Assembly: GCA_024278335.1 (NCBI GenBank)
Contig: JAJRTJ010000001.1
Location: forward strand, 26,481 to 90,480
Direction: 5' to 3'
DNA: 64,000 nucleotides
From: an archaeon
GTDB taxonomy: Archaea > Nanobdellota > Nanobdellia > Pacearchaeales > GW2011-AR1
Shown in pieces: positions 18,302 to 27,972 of this stretch. Within the stretch, counting starts at the first letter, position 1; each line of letters starts with the position of its first letter. The position numbers were made by a program, and so were the translations under genes. Under the pieces are notes generated by a model. That model did no database searches, was not told the origin of the DNA, and saw nothing but the letters and a program-made list of their open reading frames with translations.

Positions 18302-18375
18302 GTTATAATATTAACAAAATCATAAAACGATTTTTAAATCTTGTTATAAATTTATTGAGAAAATGCTTTTTAAAG

Positions 18376-18792
18376 CTAACTAATTTTAAATTCCTTGCCA
18401 AAAAAATCTTGAATTATCTTTTGCATTTCTAAAAACCTTCTTTTGTTTCTTCCAATTAAAGCAGCTTTGCTGTTTTTTCCGGCAGTTATATTAATTTGAT
18501 TGCCTTCTAATGACAGGTCTTTAAACTCAACAGGGCTGACAATTGATTGAACAAACTTTTTAGCATCTCCCAAGCCAGAAGGAATGACAATAATCTTTAC
18601 TCTTTTTTTTATAATTTCATTAATTTTTCTGACATTTTTCCCCCCCTCGCCAATTGCCTTTGAAAGCACGTGTTTTGGAACACAAAAAAATAAAGTCTCA
18701 TTATACATAAAACAAAAACGAGTATTTACTCTTGTCACTTTTCTAAATAAATTAAGATACCTTAGTGTCTGCATATCAAGAGTTCTCACCAT
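18376..18792 (-). CDS. nusA: Archaeal NusA-like transcription factor (two KH domains)
   Basis: 138 aa with AIGEGGKNVRKI and ALIGRNKRRF GxxG-type KH motifs. The position after rpoA is as in archaeal operons. Confidence 0.8.
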   Translation of the reverse strand: MVRTLDMQTLRYLNLFRKVTRVNTRFCFMYNETLFFCVPKHVLSKAIGEGGKNVRKINEIIKKRVKIIVIPSGLGDAKKFVQSIVSPVEFKDLSLEGNQINITAGKNSKAALIGRNKRRFLEMQKIIQDFFGKEFKIS

Positions 18793-18880
18793 ATTAAGTT
18801 CATTAAAAATCTATTTATAAATGTTTGTTTATAGCTTTTTAAGTTATATATAATTTATCGTCGGAAAAAAGAATTTAAAT

Positions 18881-21800
18881 TTATTTATTTGCTTTTTCTA
18901 CAACTTTCTTTTCAGCAGTTTTTTTCTCACTTTCTTTTTTTATTAATGGACCAATGACTTTAACCATCAATCCAGGAAGACCAGTTCCAACTGGAACAGG
19001 CTGGTTAAGAATGATATTTTCAATAACACTTGAAAGCTGTTCTTTTTCTCCTTTAATTGAAGCATTAACAAATTGCTTAACTGGAGTTTCAAAAGTTGCT
19101 CTTGCAAGAATCGAAGATTTTTGGGCAATTATCCCCATTCTTGTAACTCCCCGCACAGTTCCAGTGTTAGTCATAGCATCGGTAATTAATTTCAAGTGCC
19201 GTTCATCAATATCAAGACCCTGAGCTTTAACAGTCTCAGATATTTCACTGATAATCAAATTTCTGGCAACTTCAATTCCAAAAACCTCTGCAACTTCATG
19301 AAGGTCATTTGAAATGGTTTTATCTTTATTTACTTCTTTTAATGCAAGAATCTCTTTCAAATTTGTCCCAAGAGTCATAATTACATAGTCAGAATTCTTT
19401 TTAACAACTAAAACCTGTTCTACATTTTTCACTCCAGAAATAATAGTTTCTTTTAATTTTTCCTTTAATTTATAAATTTCTTTAAAATCAAATTCTGAAG
19501 CATTTAGAGAAATAACATCTCCTTTTTCTTTTACATTAAATCCAATTTCATTTAACCTTTCAACTACTTTTTTTAATGAAGTGTGTGTTTGTTTTAGTCC
19601 TTTGGAATCAATTTTGATTTCTACTTTTTTCTCGCTAAAATTCAAATTAATCTCTGAAGCAATTTCTTTTACCTTTACTTCTTTTATTTTTTCAGCAAAA
19701 GTTCTTGCATTGTTTTCATTATTATATTCTTTTTCCAGATAAATTTCCATTTTTGGAGAAGAAGGAGTTCTTCTGGCGTCAAAGATTTCAATTAATCTTG
19801 GAAGGCCTGTTGTAACTTGCATTTCTGAAACACCTGCCATGTGGAAAGTGTTTAAAACCATCTGTGTTGAGCTTTCTCCAAATGATTGGGCTGTTACAAT
19901 TCCAACTGCTTCTCCAGAATCAATTTTTCCGTCTTTTTGATGCAATCGTGAAACATCCTTCCCATCATCCCCATAGACAAATTGTATTATATTGTTATTG
20001 CTGTCTCTCACAGTTTTATCATACTCCACGCGAATATCTTGCAGTGCATTAGCAAGTCTTCTATATAAGTATCCAGATTTTGGAGTTCTAAGAGCAGTAT
20101 CCATTAATGAATCCCTGCCAGTAATTGACTGAAAGAAAAATTCATCTGGTCTTAAACCTTTAATAAATGGGCTGTGAATAAATCCTCTTGCCCGAGGAGA
20201 AAGTTCTCCTTTTTTAAAGAATGATAATGTTCTTCCTTGATAACCAAAATTAATTCTGCCTCCTGCAAATGCCTGCTGACCAACACATGAAGCCATTTGG
20301 GTTATATTCAAAGCATTTCCCCCGCCACCAGATTGAATCATGTGATTAACAGGATTTGTCTTAGGAAACTCTTCTTTAACAATTGCCCCAATTTTTGCTC
20401 TAACCTCATTTAGTGTTTGAAGAATTGCAATTTCTCTGGATTCCTCCAAGGTCTTGCCAGGAACAATCTCAAGTTCTCCTCTTTCATATCTTTCAATAAT
20501 TTCCTCTGTTTTTTTCTCAGCTTTTTTAATTATCTCCTCTCCCCTATTAATCAGGTCTTGGCTTAAATCTAAGTCTTCAATAGAAATTGTAATTCCCCTT
20601 TCTGTTAAATAATTCTTAGCTAAATTAAATGCTCTCTTAATAGTTATAAAAGTTTCTTCTCTCCCAACAGCTTTATCAAGCTCTTTAATAAGCTCCCCGT
20701 CTTCTTCTCCAAACGCAGTTTTATCAATATCTCCTTTAATAAATTCTCCATTTTTCACTTTCAAAGATTTGTTTTCAAAATTAATTTTTGGGAGGATTTG
20801 AGAGATAAGCTCTTTTCCTTCTATTTCTTTTTTAGATAATTTGCTATTGATTCCAGATTTGTATAATAATTGGTTTGCTTCCTCTAAAGATAATTTTGCT
20901 TTGCTTAAAAGGTAAACGCCCGTTATTGCATCTTTGATGCATCCAATCCAGTTTGTATTGTTTTTTGGAGAAATTAAGTTTTTCTTAACATCGAGGAGGA
21001 TTTTTGCTTCTGCTCGTGCTTCTTCTGTTTGAGGAGAGTGAATATTCATTTCATCTCCGTCAAAATCTGCATTGTATGGGGCTGCCGCAGCTGGATGGAC
21101 TCTGAATGTTCTTCCAGGAAGAATTTTGGCATAATGAGCCATTAAACTTCCTTTGTGCAGGCTTGGATGACGATTAAATAAAACAATGTCTCCATCTTGA
21201 AGATGTCTTTCAACCTTATACCCGACTGCAAGTTCTTCAATAATCTCCTCTTTCAATTCAGGAGTGACTTTCTTTCTTTTTCCGTCTGGTCTTATGATGT
21301 AATTTGCTCCAGGATATTCTTCCCCTTTCTTAATAAGCGCCTTTAATTTCTCGATATTTAAATCATTGACCATCTCTGCAACTGTTACTATCTTTGCAAT
21401 TTCCATCGGAACTCCAACTTCATTAATTTCAATATTCGGATCTGGAGAAACAACTGAACGAGCAGAATAATTTACTCTTTTACCTGCCAAGTTTTTCCTA
21501 ATTCTTCCTTCTTTTCCTTTTATTCTCTCTGTAATTGTTTTCAAAGGCTGTCCGCTTCTGTGCCTTGCAGGAGGAACCCTTGCAACAGTGTTGTCAAAAA
21601 ATGTTGTTACATGATATTGAAGCAAATCCCAAAGGTCTTCAATAATCACTTCAGGAGCTCCTGCATTTAAATTTTCCCAAAGCCTTTGATTTGCACGAAT
21701 AATATCTGATAATTTATGGGTTAAATCATCTTCAGATCTTTCTCCACTTTCAAGAATAATACTTGGTCTGACTGTAACTGGAGGAACGAGAAGCATTGTT

Positions 21801-22372
21801 AGAATTGCCCATTCAGGTCTTGCATATTTTGGATTTATTCCAACTTTTTCAAGCTCCTCATCAGGAATCTTAACAAGACGCTCTCTTATTTCTGTTGGAA
21901 AGATTCTTCTTTTTCCTTGATAAAAACTTGTGGGTTTATCCAGCTTAATTTTTTCTTGTTCAACTCCGCAATGAGGGCATTTTTTCTTATCTTTTGCTTT
22001 TTTTGCTCTCTGGCTTTTTGTATATTTTTCAAGTTCTTTTTCTGCAAGCATTAATTTACCGCAATCCTGGCAAAAACATCTCAGACCCATTTCAATTAAA
22101 GGAACATATTTTAGGTGAATAACTGCTCTTGCAAGGTCAATGCTTCCTGGATGACCGAGACATTCTTTGATTCTTCCTCCGCAAGTCCTACACCTAACCC
22201 CCGGGTCAATTGCTCCGAGTCTCAAGTCCATTAATCCTCCGTCAACCGGGAATCCGTCAATATCATATAATTCTGGAGTTACAATCTTTGCTGCAGATAT
22301 TTTCTTAATCTCTTCTGGAGAAATTAATCTAAATCCAATGCTTTCAATTATTTTTCTTATTGGTTTATTCAT
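18881..22372 (-). CDS. rpoA: DNA-directed RNA polymerase largest subunit, A-prime and A-double-prime parts in one ORF
   Basis: Zn motifs CRTCGG...C.GH, catalytic NADFDGDEMN, and bridge-helix region SGYLYRRL. The same ORF continues into the A''-type trigger-loop region GEAVGIVTAQSFGESSTQMVLNTFHMAGV and the C-terminal ...GTGLPGL; 1163 aa. Confidence 0.9.
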   Translation of the reverse strand: MNKPIRKIIESIGFRLISPEEIKKISAAKIVTPELYDIDGFPVDGGLMDLRLGAIDPGVRCRTCGGRIKECLGHPGSIDLARAVIHLKYVPLIEMGLRCFCQDCGKLMLAEKELEKYTKSQRAKKAKDKKKCPHCGVEQEKIKLDKPTSFYQGKRRIFPTEIRERLVKIPDEELEKVGINPKYARPEWAILTMLLVPPVTVRPSIILESGERSEDDLTHKLSDIIRANQRLWENLNAGAPEVIIEDLWDLLQYHVTTFFDNTVARVPPARHRSGQPLKTITERIKGKEGRIRKNLAGKRVNYSARSVVSPDPNIEINEVGVPMEIAKIVTVAEMVNDLNIEKLKALIKKGEEYPGANYIIRPDGKRKKVTPELKEEIIEELAVGYKVERHLQDGDIVLFNRHPSLHKGSLMAHYAKILPGRTFRVHPAAAAPYNADFDGDEMNIHSPQTEEARAEAKILLDVKKNLISPKNNTNWIGCIKDAITGVYLLSKAKLSLEEANQLLYKSGINSKLSKKEIEGKELISQILPKINFENKSLKVKNGEFIKGDIDKTAFGEEDGELIKELDKAVGREETFITIKRAFNLAKNYLTERGITISIEDLDLSQDLINRGEEIIKKAEKKTEEIIERYERGELEIVPGKTLEESREIAILQTLNEVRAKIGAIVKEEFPKTNPVNHMIQSGGGGNALNITQMASCVGQQAFAGGRINFGYQGRTLSFFKKGELSPRARGFIHSPFIKGLRPDEFFFQSITGRDSLMDTALRTPKSGYLYRRLANALQDIRVEYDKTVRDSNNNIIQFVYGDDGKDVSRLHQKDGKIDSGEAVGIVTAQSFGESSTQMVLNTFHMAGVSEMQVTTGLPRLIEIFDARRTPSSPKMEIYLEKEYNNENNARTFAEKIKEVKVKEIASEINLNFSEKKVEIKIDSKGLKQTHTSLKKVVERLNEIGFNVKEKGDVISLNASEFDFKEIYKLKEKLKETIISGVKNVEQVLVVKKNSDYVIMTLGTNLKEILALKEVNKDKTISNDLHEVAEVFGIEVARNLIISEISETVKAQGLDIDERHLKLITDAMTNTGTVRGVTRMGIIAQKSSILARATFETPVKQFVNASIKGEKEQLSSVIENIILNQPVPVGTGLPGLMVKVIGPLIKKESEKKTAEKKVVEKANK

Positions 22373-22377
22373 TTTAA

Positions 22378-25300
22378 TTATTCGTATTTATTCTTTAAAT
22401 TTAATTTAGTATGAATATGCAATCCTTGGAGCTCTTCAATCAATAATTTAAAGGCATATGAAACTTCAACAGGCTCTACATTTTCTGTCTCGCAAATAGG
22501 GCAGAATGTTTTGCCTCTTAAGTTGTCTTCAATTCCAATTGCCCCGCATTCTGCACAAATTGGAAGTATAACTCTGTCTGAATCATATCTTTCCTTTAAT
22601 AATAATGAGGAGCCATGAGCTACAAGGGCTTGCTGTTCCATTTCTCCAAGTCTTAATGCTCCTCCCCGAGCACGGCCTTCAACAGGCTGTCTTGTCAAAA
22701 GAGCAACTTTTCCTGAAGCACGACCATGAATCAGGTTTTTAACCATTCGCTTTAGTTTTAAATAATAATGGCTTCCAACATAAATTTTTGACTCCATTCT
22801 TTTTCCAGTAATGGCATTATACATTGTCTCTTTTCCATTATAGCTGAATCCCAATGCCTCTAACTGCTCTTCTAATTCTGCCTTTGTTGCTCCTGAAAAT
22901 CCTGTTCCGTCGATGATTTCTCCCTTAAGGCATCCGACTTTTCCTCCAAGAAGTTCAAGCAAATATCCAACAGTCATACGGCTTGGGAGGCCATGTGGAT
23001 TAAAAATAACATCCGGCCTGACTCCATTTGATGTAAAAGGAATGTCTTCTTCTGGGATAACAAGTCCAATTACTCCTTTTTGTCCATGAGCAGTTGCATA
23101 TTTATCTCCTGGTTCAGGAATCCTCTGGTCTCTAGTTCTTACTTGAATAATTTTATTTCCTTCAGCATCTGCAGTGATAAAAACAGCATCAACAACACCC
23201 TCTTCTCCTTGTTTTGTTGTAACACTTGCTTCTTTTTTTGTTCTTACAGAAATATCTCTTGCTTCTGAAAGGAATTTTGGCGGAGACATTTTCCCAATTA
23301 AGACATCTCCTCCGACTATTTCAGCTTCAGGATAAACCACCCCGTCATTTTCTAAATACTGGTAGCTGGATTCCATTCTATATCCAGAAGTATCTTTGTC
23401 AGGAATTCCAATTTCATCTTTTAATCCTCCTGCATAATTCATTTCAACTGTGCTGTATGGTTTAAAGTAAAAGCTTCTTCCCACCCCTCTGTCTAAAGAA
23501 CCTTTATTAAAAATTAATGCATCTTCCATATTATATCCTTCATATGCCATGACCGCAATAGTAAGGTTCTGTCCTGCAGGATAAGTGTTTAAGGTGTCAT
23601 AAATAAAGCTCCTGACAATTGGTTTTTGAGGATATTCTAAAATACTTACATTTGTATCCAATCTTGTAAAATAATTTGCTACATATAAGCCCAAAGACTG
23701 CTTTTGTGTTTTTGAACCTCTATTTAAACGAGAACTCTGGTCATGGTTGCAGTAAGGAACAAGCCCAGTGATTACCCCAAACAAATCCACGCTGTCAATT
23801 TCAAGGTGGGTGTGCTCTGTTGTCAGCTCTTCTTTATAAAGTGCAACTAATGCATTTTCTTCTTCAGCAGCATCAAGATATTCAATTACTCCAAGTTTTA
23901 TTAAATCATCCCATTTAATTTCATCTTGTTCAATTTTGACCATTAATTCTTCAGTAAGTTTTGATGCCCCTTCTTCAACAATTATAACTGGTCTTAAAAC
24001 TCTGCCAGGTTCAATTGAAATAAGAACAGACCCAAAATCAACTTCTTCTCTAAAGCTCATTTGAATTGGAAGCTCTCCTGCCCTTCTTTTTTCTCTTAAA
24101 TTTTTAACAAAAGAGTTCGGAGAATCAACAGTTCCAATAAAGTTTCCATTGAAAAATACATCTGACCCTCCAATTCCTTCTTCATTTAGTCCAAGTTCCT
24201 TTAAAGTTTTTATAAATTTGGCTTCGTCTAATTCAACTCGTGTTGAAACTTTTGAGAGTAATGCAAGATTTTTTCTTAATCCAATCTCTGTTCCTTCAGG
24301 AGTTTCAATCGGGCAGAATCTCCCATAATGAGTTGGATGAAGAGTCCTTGCCATTGTGTTTTCTTGGTCGCTTTTTAACATGCTTGAGACTCTTTGAAGT
24401 TGGGAAATCATTGCAAGATAATTTGTCTTGTCAATGTTTTGGGTAACTCCAGATCTTTCTCCAGTCCAGCTTCCAGTAGCAATTGCTGATTCAACTCTGT
24501 GGCTGAATAAGGTAGATTTTGCAATTGTTTTAATTGAATAAAATTTTTTCCTCTTTGAAGATTTCTGCAAAGAATATTGAATATCTCTTACAAGAATTCC
24601 CAAATTCACTCTGAATAAGCTTGAAAGTAAATCTCCAGAAAGCCTTACTCTTTTATTTGAATAGTGGTCCTTATCTGTTCTGAGATTTGGGCTTTCTTTT
24701 GCAATTAAAAACTGTTTGAGCAGTTTGCATAGTGTAATTGCTTTTTTTATTCTAAATTCTTTTCCTTCTCCAATATGGGGGAGAAGATAGGAATCAATTC
24801 TTTGTTTTACTCTGTCTAAAATTTCTTTTTTTGTTCCTTGAAGATTTGCCTTTTCAGCGAGATACATCATGGCATCTTCAGGAGTAGCAATATTTACAAA
24901 CTCGTATAAATTCACAATTACGCTGTCTGTTTCTTTTCCAATATATTTTGCAATATCTGACTCTTTTGTCAATCCAAGAGCTTTTAATAAAACAATCACT
25001 GGGACATCTCTTAATCTTGAAAATGTAGCTTCAAAAATTCCTTCTTTATTTTCTATAATTGTAGTTGGAATACGATATGTTCCTCTTAAGGAAAACATTC
25101 TTAGCATTAATTGTTTTTTTGAGTTTTCTTCAATAAATGGCTGATTTTCTGCCAAGTCTTCTGCCATTACCATGACTCTTTCATTTCCGTTAATGATAAA
25201 ATATCCTCCCGGGTCTTGGGGGTCTTCATAATTTTCAATTAATTCTTCTTTTGACATCCTGTAAGTATTGCACGCTTTGCTTCTCACCATTACAGGAATT

Positions 25301-25635
25301 TTTCCAATATCTACAACCTCTGAATCAACTTGGGCGTCTTTTTTAACCGTCAATTCAATTTTAATTGGAGCAGAATAAGTAAGGTTTCTTAATCTTGCTT
25401 CTGCCGGAGTTAACATAGAAGAGCTTCCGTCAGCCTCAATTACAACAGGCTTTCCGACTTCTATCTTTCCGAGAGTGATTTCAAAATCATCATTGTCAAT
25501 TGTTCCTTGAATGCTCTCAACAATTTCTTGCATTTGATGGTCAAGAAAATTATTAAATGAAATAATATTTGATTCAACTAAAGAATGCTCGTTTAAATAC
25601 TTCTTTACAACAATGTGTTTATTATCTGAAGCCAT
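22378..25635 (-). CDS. rpoB: DNA-directed RNA polymerase subunit B (unsplit)
   Basis: 1085 aa with GYNMEDA, HGQKGV and GEMEQQAL, plus C-terminal Zn ribbon CAECG...CPIC. Confidence 0.95.
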   Translation of the reverse strand: MASDNKHIVVKKYLNEHSLVESNIISFNNFLDHQMQEIVESIQGTIDNDDFEITLGKIEVGKPVVIEADGSSSMLTPAEARLRNLTYSAPIKIELTVKKDAQVDSEVVDIGKIPVMVRSKACNTYRMSKEELIENYEDPQDPGGYFIINGNERVMVMAEDLAENQPFIEENSKKQLMLRMFSLRGTYRIPTTIIENKEGIFEATFSRLRDVPVIVLLKALGLTKESDIAKYIGKETDSVIVNLYEFVNIATPEDAMMYLAEKANLQGTKKEILDRVKQRIDSYLLPHIGEGKEFRIKKAITLCKLLKQFLIAKESPNLRTDKDHYSNKRVRLSGDLLSSLFRVNLGILVRDIQYSLQKSSKRKKFYSIKTIAKSTLFSHRVESAIATGSWTGERSGVTQNIDKTNYLAMISQLQRVSSMLKSDQENTMARTLHPTHYGRFCPIETPEGTEIGLRKNLALLSKVSTRVELDEAKFIKTLKELGLNEEGIGGSDVFFNGNFIGTVDSPNSFVKNLREKRRAGELPIQMSFREEVDFGSVLISIEPGRVLRPVIIVEEGASKLTEELMVKIEQDEIKWDDLIKLGVIEYLDAAEEENALVALYKEELTTEHTHLEIDSVDLFGVITGLVPYCNHDQSSRLNRGSKTQKQSLGLYVANYFTRLDTNVSILEYPQKPIVRSFIYDTLNTYPAGQNLTIAVMAYEGYNMEDALIFNKGSLDRGVGRSFYFKPYSTVEMNYAGGLKDEIGIPDKDTSGYRMESSYQYLENDGVVYPEAEIVGGDVLIGKMSPPKFLSEARDISVRTKKEASVTTKQGEEGVVDAVFITADAEGNKIIQVRTRDQRIPEPGDKYATAHGQKGVIGLVIPEEDIPFTSNGVRPDVIFNPHGLPSRMTVGYLLELLGGKVGCLKGEIIDGTGFSGATKAELEEQLEALGFSYNGKETMYNAITGKRMESKIYVGSHYYLKLKRMVKNLIHGRASGKVALLTRQPVEGRARGGALRLGEMEQQALVAHGSSLLLKERYDSDRVILPICAECGAIGIEDNLRGKTFCPICETENVEPVEVSYAFKLLIEELQGLHIHTKLNLKNKYE

Positions 25636-25638
25636 TGA

Positions 25639-25845
25639 TTATACAACCACCCTATAATATGCATTTATTTTATCTTCTTCTTTTCTCTCTAATTTTATTA
25701 CATTCCCAATTTCACATTCCTCTGGAAGTGCCGGGTCAGTAGAGAGTATTTTTGGAAGCTGAGATTTTGAAATGTTTAGTTTTTTCAATAGTTCTTCAAT
25801 CTCTTTTTCTTTAAGCTTTACGTGTTTTGGTTGTAGAATGTGCAT
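25639..25845 (-). CDS. rpoH: RNA polymerase subunit H (Rpb5 C-terminal domain homolog)
   Basis: 68 aa with HILQPKH...LPKILSTDPALP...YYRVV, located immediately upstream of rpoB. Confidence 0.85.
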   Translation of the reverse strand: MHILQPKHVKLKEKEIEELLKKLNISKSQLPKILSTDPALPEECEIGNVIKLERKEEDKINAYYRVVV

Positions 25846-25960
25846 GGTAAAGAATAGTTAAAATTACATAATTCTATCTGTAACTTTAACAACTTTATAA
25901 TAATAAAAGAGACAAAAATTTGGTTTAAAAACCTTTTGGTGGTTTGGAAAATATTGAAAA

Positions 25961-26079
25961 TGGCCCCGATGGGATTTGAACCCACGACACCTGGATTGCT
26001 TTGAGACATGTCTCAATGCAGGTGAGACGAATGTCAAGCCTAAAAGTCCAGTGCTCTAACCAGGCTGAGCTACGGAGCC
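25961..26079 (-). tRNA. tRNA-Lys (anticodon UUU) with a ~44-nt intron at 37/38
   Basis: Hand fold: GGCTCCG/CGGGGCC+A, D arm GCTC-AGCCTGGTTA-GAGC, anticodon stem CTGGA/TCCAG, loop CTTTTA|intron|A. A BHB-like helix CTTT/AAAG is flanked by 3-nt bulges. T arm GTGGG-TTCAAAT-CCCAT. A TATA-like ATATAAATA lies ~-33..-25. Confidence 0.9.
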
Positions 26080-26269
26080 ATAGCATTAAATAAAGTGAAA
26101 TGCTATTTATATCTTTGTAGTCAGGGTGGTTTTAGCCAGAATCTCGTTAGAGATCTTCTGAGCCTAACCAGGCTGAGCTACGGAGCCATGTATGTAATAG
26201 CAAGCGAAGCCTCTCTTAGGCTGAGGCCTTACGAAGCAAGGTCATCCCTGTGGGAAGCTACGGAGCCAT
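26080..26269 (-). repeat. Two tandem partial copies of the tRNA-Lys 5' end with structured spacers
   Basis: Minus-strand GGCTCCGTAGCTCAGCCTGGTTAG (24 nt, 26164-26187) is identical to tRNA positions 1-24. GGCTCCGTAGCT (12 nt, 26256-26267) matches positions 1-12. All three copies are preceded by AT. Neither copy has a T arm or a 3' acceptor strand. Confidence 0.7.
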
Positions 26270-26346
26270 TAATATAATTTAGAATTCTGGTTTAAAAAAG
26301 CTTTGGATATTCTAAAACAAAAATTTTTCTTTTAAAAGATATAATC

Positions 26347-26673
26347 TTATAAATACCCTTTCAAAGCTTTTTCTAATTCTTCTTTTGGAAGAGAACCAAT
26401 AAACTGCTCAATAACCTTTCCATCCTTTAATAAAGTCATGTTTGGAATAGAACTTACTCCAAATTTTACTGCAAGCTCTTGATTCTCAGAAACATCTACT
26501 TTTCCAAATTTAATCTTTCCGTCTAACTCTTCGCAGACTTCTTCTAAAATTGGAGCCATCATCATGCAGGGCATACACCAGTCTGCGTAAAAATCAATTA
26601 AAACAAGTCCCTCTTTTGTAAAGTTCTCAAATTCTCCTGCACTTAATTCAGGAATGCATTTTCCTTCTGCCAT
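26347..26673 (-). CDS. trxA: Thioredoxin (CMPC active site)
   Basis: LIDFYADWCMPCMMMAPILEE...SIPNMTLLKDG. The likely start is ATG 26673 (MAEGK...), since the longer track ORF overlaps dut. Confidence 0.85.
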   Translation of the reverse strand: MAEGKCIPELSAGEFENFTKEGLVLIDFYADWCMPCMMMAPILEEVCEELDGKIKFGKVDVSENQELAVKFGVSSIPNMTLLKDGKVIEQFIGSLPKEELEKALKGYL

Positions 26674-26707
26674 TTTAAAATACAAGTATTCTGTTTTATA
26701 AGGTTTT

Positions 26708-27127
26708 CTATGCCCCAGTGCTTCCAAATCCTTCCTCTCCTCTATCTGTTTTAGAAAGCTCCTCTGCTTCTTCAAATTCTATCTTTGGATATGGTAAAAT
26801 TATTATCTGCCCAATTCTCTCTCCTACCTTATAAACTTCTTCTCCAATTTTCTTAAATCTAAGTCTTAATTCTCCTCTATATCCAGAATCCAACACTCCG
26901 ACGTGATTAGATAAAATCAAATCTTTTTTTGATAAACTGCTTCTTGGAAATATCAGCATAACATATCCCTCTGGAAGCTCAAATGAGAGTCCAGTTCCAT
27001 ATTCAATAAATTTTTCATTTTCTGTTTTTGAAATTGCAATCACATCCATTCCAGCATCTCCTGAATTAGCGTATTTTGGGATTGTTGCTCGTTCATCTAA
27101 TTTTTTTATTTTTATTTTTATTTTCAT
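26708..27127 (-). CDS. dut: dUTP diphosphatase (trimeric dUTPase)
   Basis: SGDAGMDV, GVLDSGYRGEL and the C-terminal RGEEGFGSTG motifs. Confidence 0.9.
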   Translation of the reverse strand: MKIKIKIKKLDERATIPKYANSGDAGMDVIAISKTENEKFIEYGTGLSFELPEGYVMLIFPRSSLSKKDLILSNHVGVLDSGYRGELRLRFKKIGEEVYKVGERIGQIIILPYPKIEFEEAEELSKTDRGEEGFGSTGA

Positions 27128-27828
27128 GCTCTTACTTTAATTTCTTTAAAATAATTTTTAATTTTTTCTTTAATTTCATTTAAAAATTCCTCGCCAGTAT
27201 TTTTTATTTTCTTGAAATCTTCATCAAGAAGTTTTGCCTCTTTTTTAAATCCTTGCAAAACAAATTTTTCTGGCTTTTTTCCAGCAACCTCATTCAGCCA
27301 TTTGGAGATTTTTTCAACGTCTTTTATTTCATGCAGTCCTTCTATGATTGTAGTTCTAAATTCATAATTTTTTAATTGAGAAATTAGTTTTATGCTTTCT
27401 TCAATTTTTGTTAAGTCAATCTTAACATTTATTGTTTTTTCATATTTCTCTTGGCTGTTCTTAATATCCATAGCAACAAAATCAACAAGCCCTTCTCCAA
27501 TAAATTCTTTTAATTTTTCAGGAAAACTTCCATTAGTGTCTATCTTTATCAAATATCCGAGCTCTTTTATCTTTTTTAAAAACTCTTTTTTTAAGGTCAA
27601 TAAAGGTTCTCCTCCAGTAATACAGATTCCTTCAAGATATTTTTTTCTTGATTTTAAAAATTCAAAAATTTCTTTTTGCAAATATTCTTCAAAATCTTTT
27701 CCCTCAACAACCAGATTTGGGTTATGGCAAAATCCACACCGAAAGTTGCATCCAAAAATAAACAAAGTGCAGGCAATTTTTTCAGGATAGTCAATTAAAG
27801 TTACTTTCTGCAATCCAAGGATTTTCAT
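27124..27828 (-). CDS. nrdG: Anaerobic ribonucleoside-triphosphate reductase activating protein (radical SAM)
   Basis: GCNFRCGFCHNP radical-SAM CxxxCxxC motif and GGEPLL, adjacent to nrdD. Confidence 0.85.
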   Translation of the reverse strand: MKILGLQKVTLIDYPEKIACTLFIFGCNFRCGFCHNPNLVVEGKDFEEYLQKEIFEFLKSRKKYLEGICITGGEPLLTLKKEFLKKIKELGYLIKIDTNGSFPEKLKEFIGEGLVDFVAMDIKNSQEKYEKTINVKIDLTKIEESIKLISQLKNYEFRTTIIEGLHEIKDVEKISKWLNEVAGKKPEKFVLQGFKKEAKLLDEDFKKIKNTGEEFLNEIKEKIKNYFKEIKVRA

Positions 27829-27829
27829 T

Positions 27830-27958
27830 TTATATCTTTATCTTAAACATTACCCGGTCATTCCATTCTGCCTGCTTTCCATCATTCCACTGAGCAACAG
27901 GTCTAAAATATCCAACGACTCTGGAATATCTTTCGCATTTTGTTCTCTTTTTTTCCAT
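27830..27958 (-). CDS. Stand-alone 42-aa glycyl-radical peptide corresponding to the C-terminal loop of NrdD
   Basis: My translation is MEKKRTKCERYSRVVGYFRPVAQWNDGKQAEWNDRVMFKIKI*. RVVGY matches the NrdD RVxGY glycyl-radical motif, and NDGKQAE resembles FNxGKxxE. A strong RBS (AAGGAGGGGAAAATATG) precedes it. The frame differs from the large nrdD ORF. It is too short for the ORF track. Confidence 0.7.
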   Translation of the reverse strand: MEKKRTKCERYSRVVGYFRPVAQWNDGKQAEWNDRVMFKIKI

Positions 27959-27972
27959 ATTTTCCCCTCCTT

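Noticed and set aside
26140-26187. Possible suppressor tRNA in repeat unit 2, where CTCTAAC could be read as an anticodon loop with CUA.
   Set aside because: The flanking bases do not form a 5-bp anticodon stem around that 7-nt loop; the real helix leaves a 4-nt TAAC loop. The D stem cannot form and there is no T arm or 3' acceptor. CUA would read UAG, not the UAA codons that interrupt genes here.
25818-26277. Track ORFs 25818..26009 (-) and 26095..26277 (+).
   Set aside because: They overlap the tRNA-Lys gene and its 5'-end repeat units. The translations show no protein-like features.
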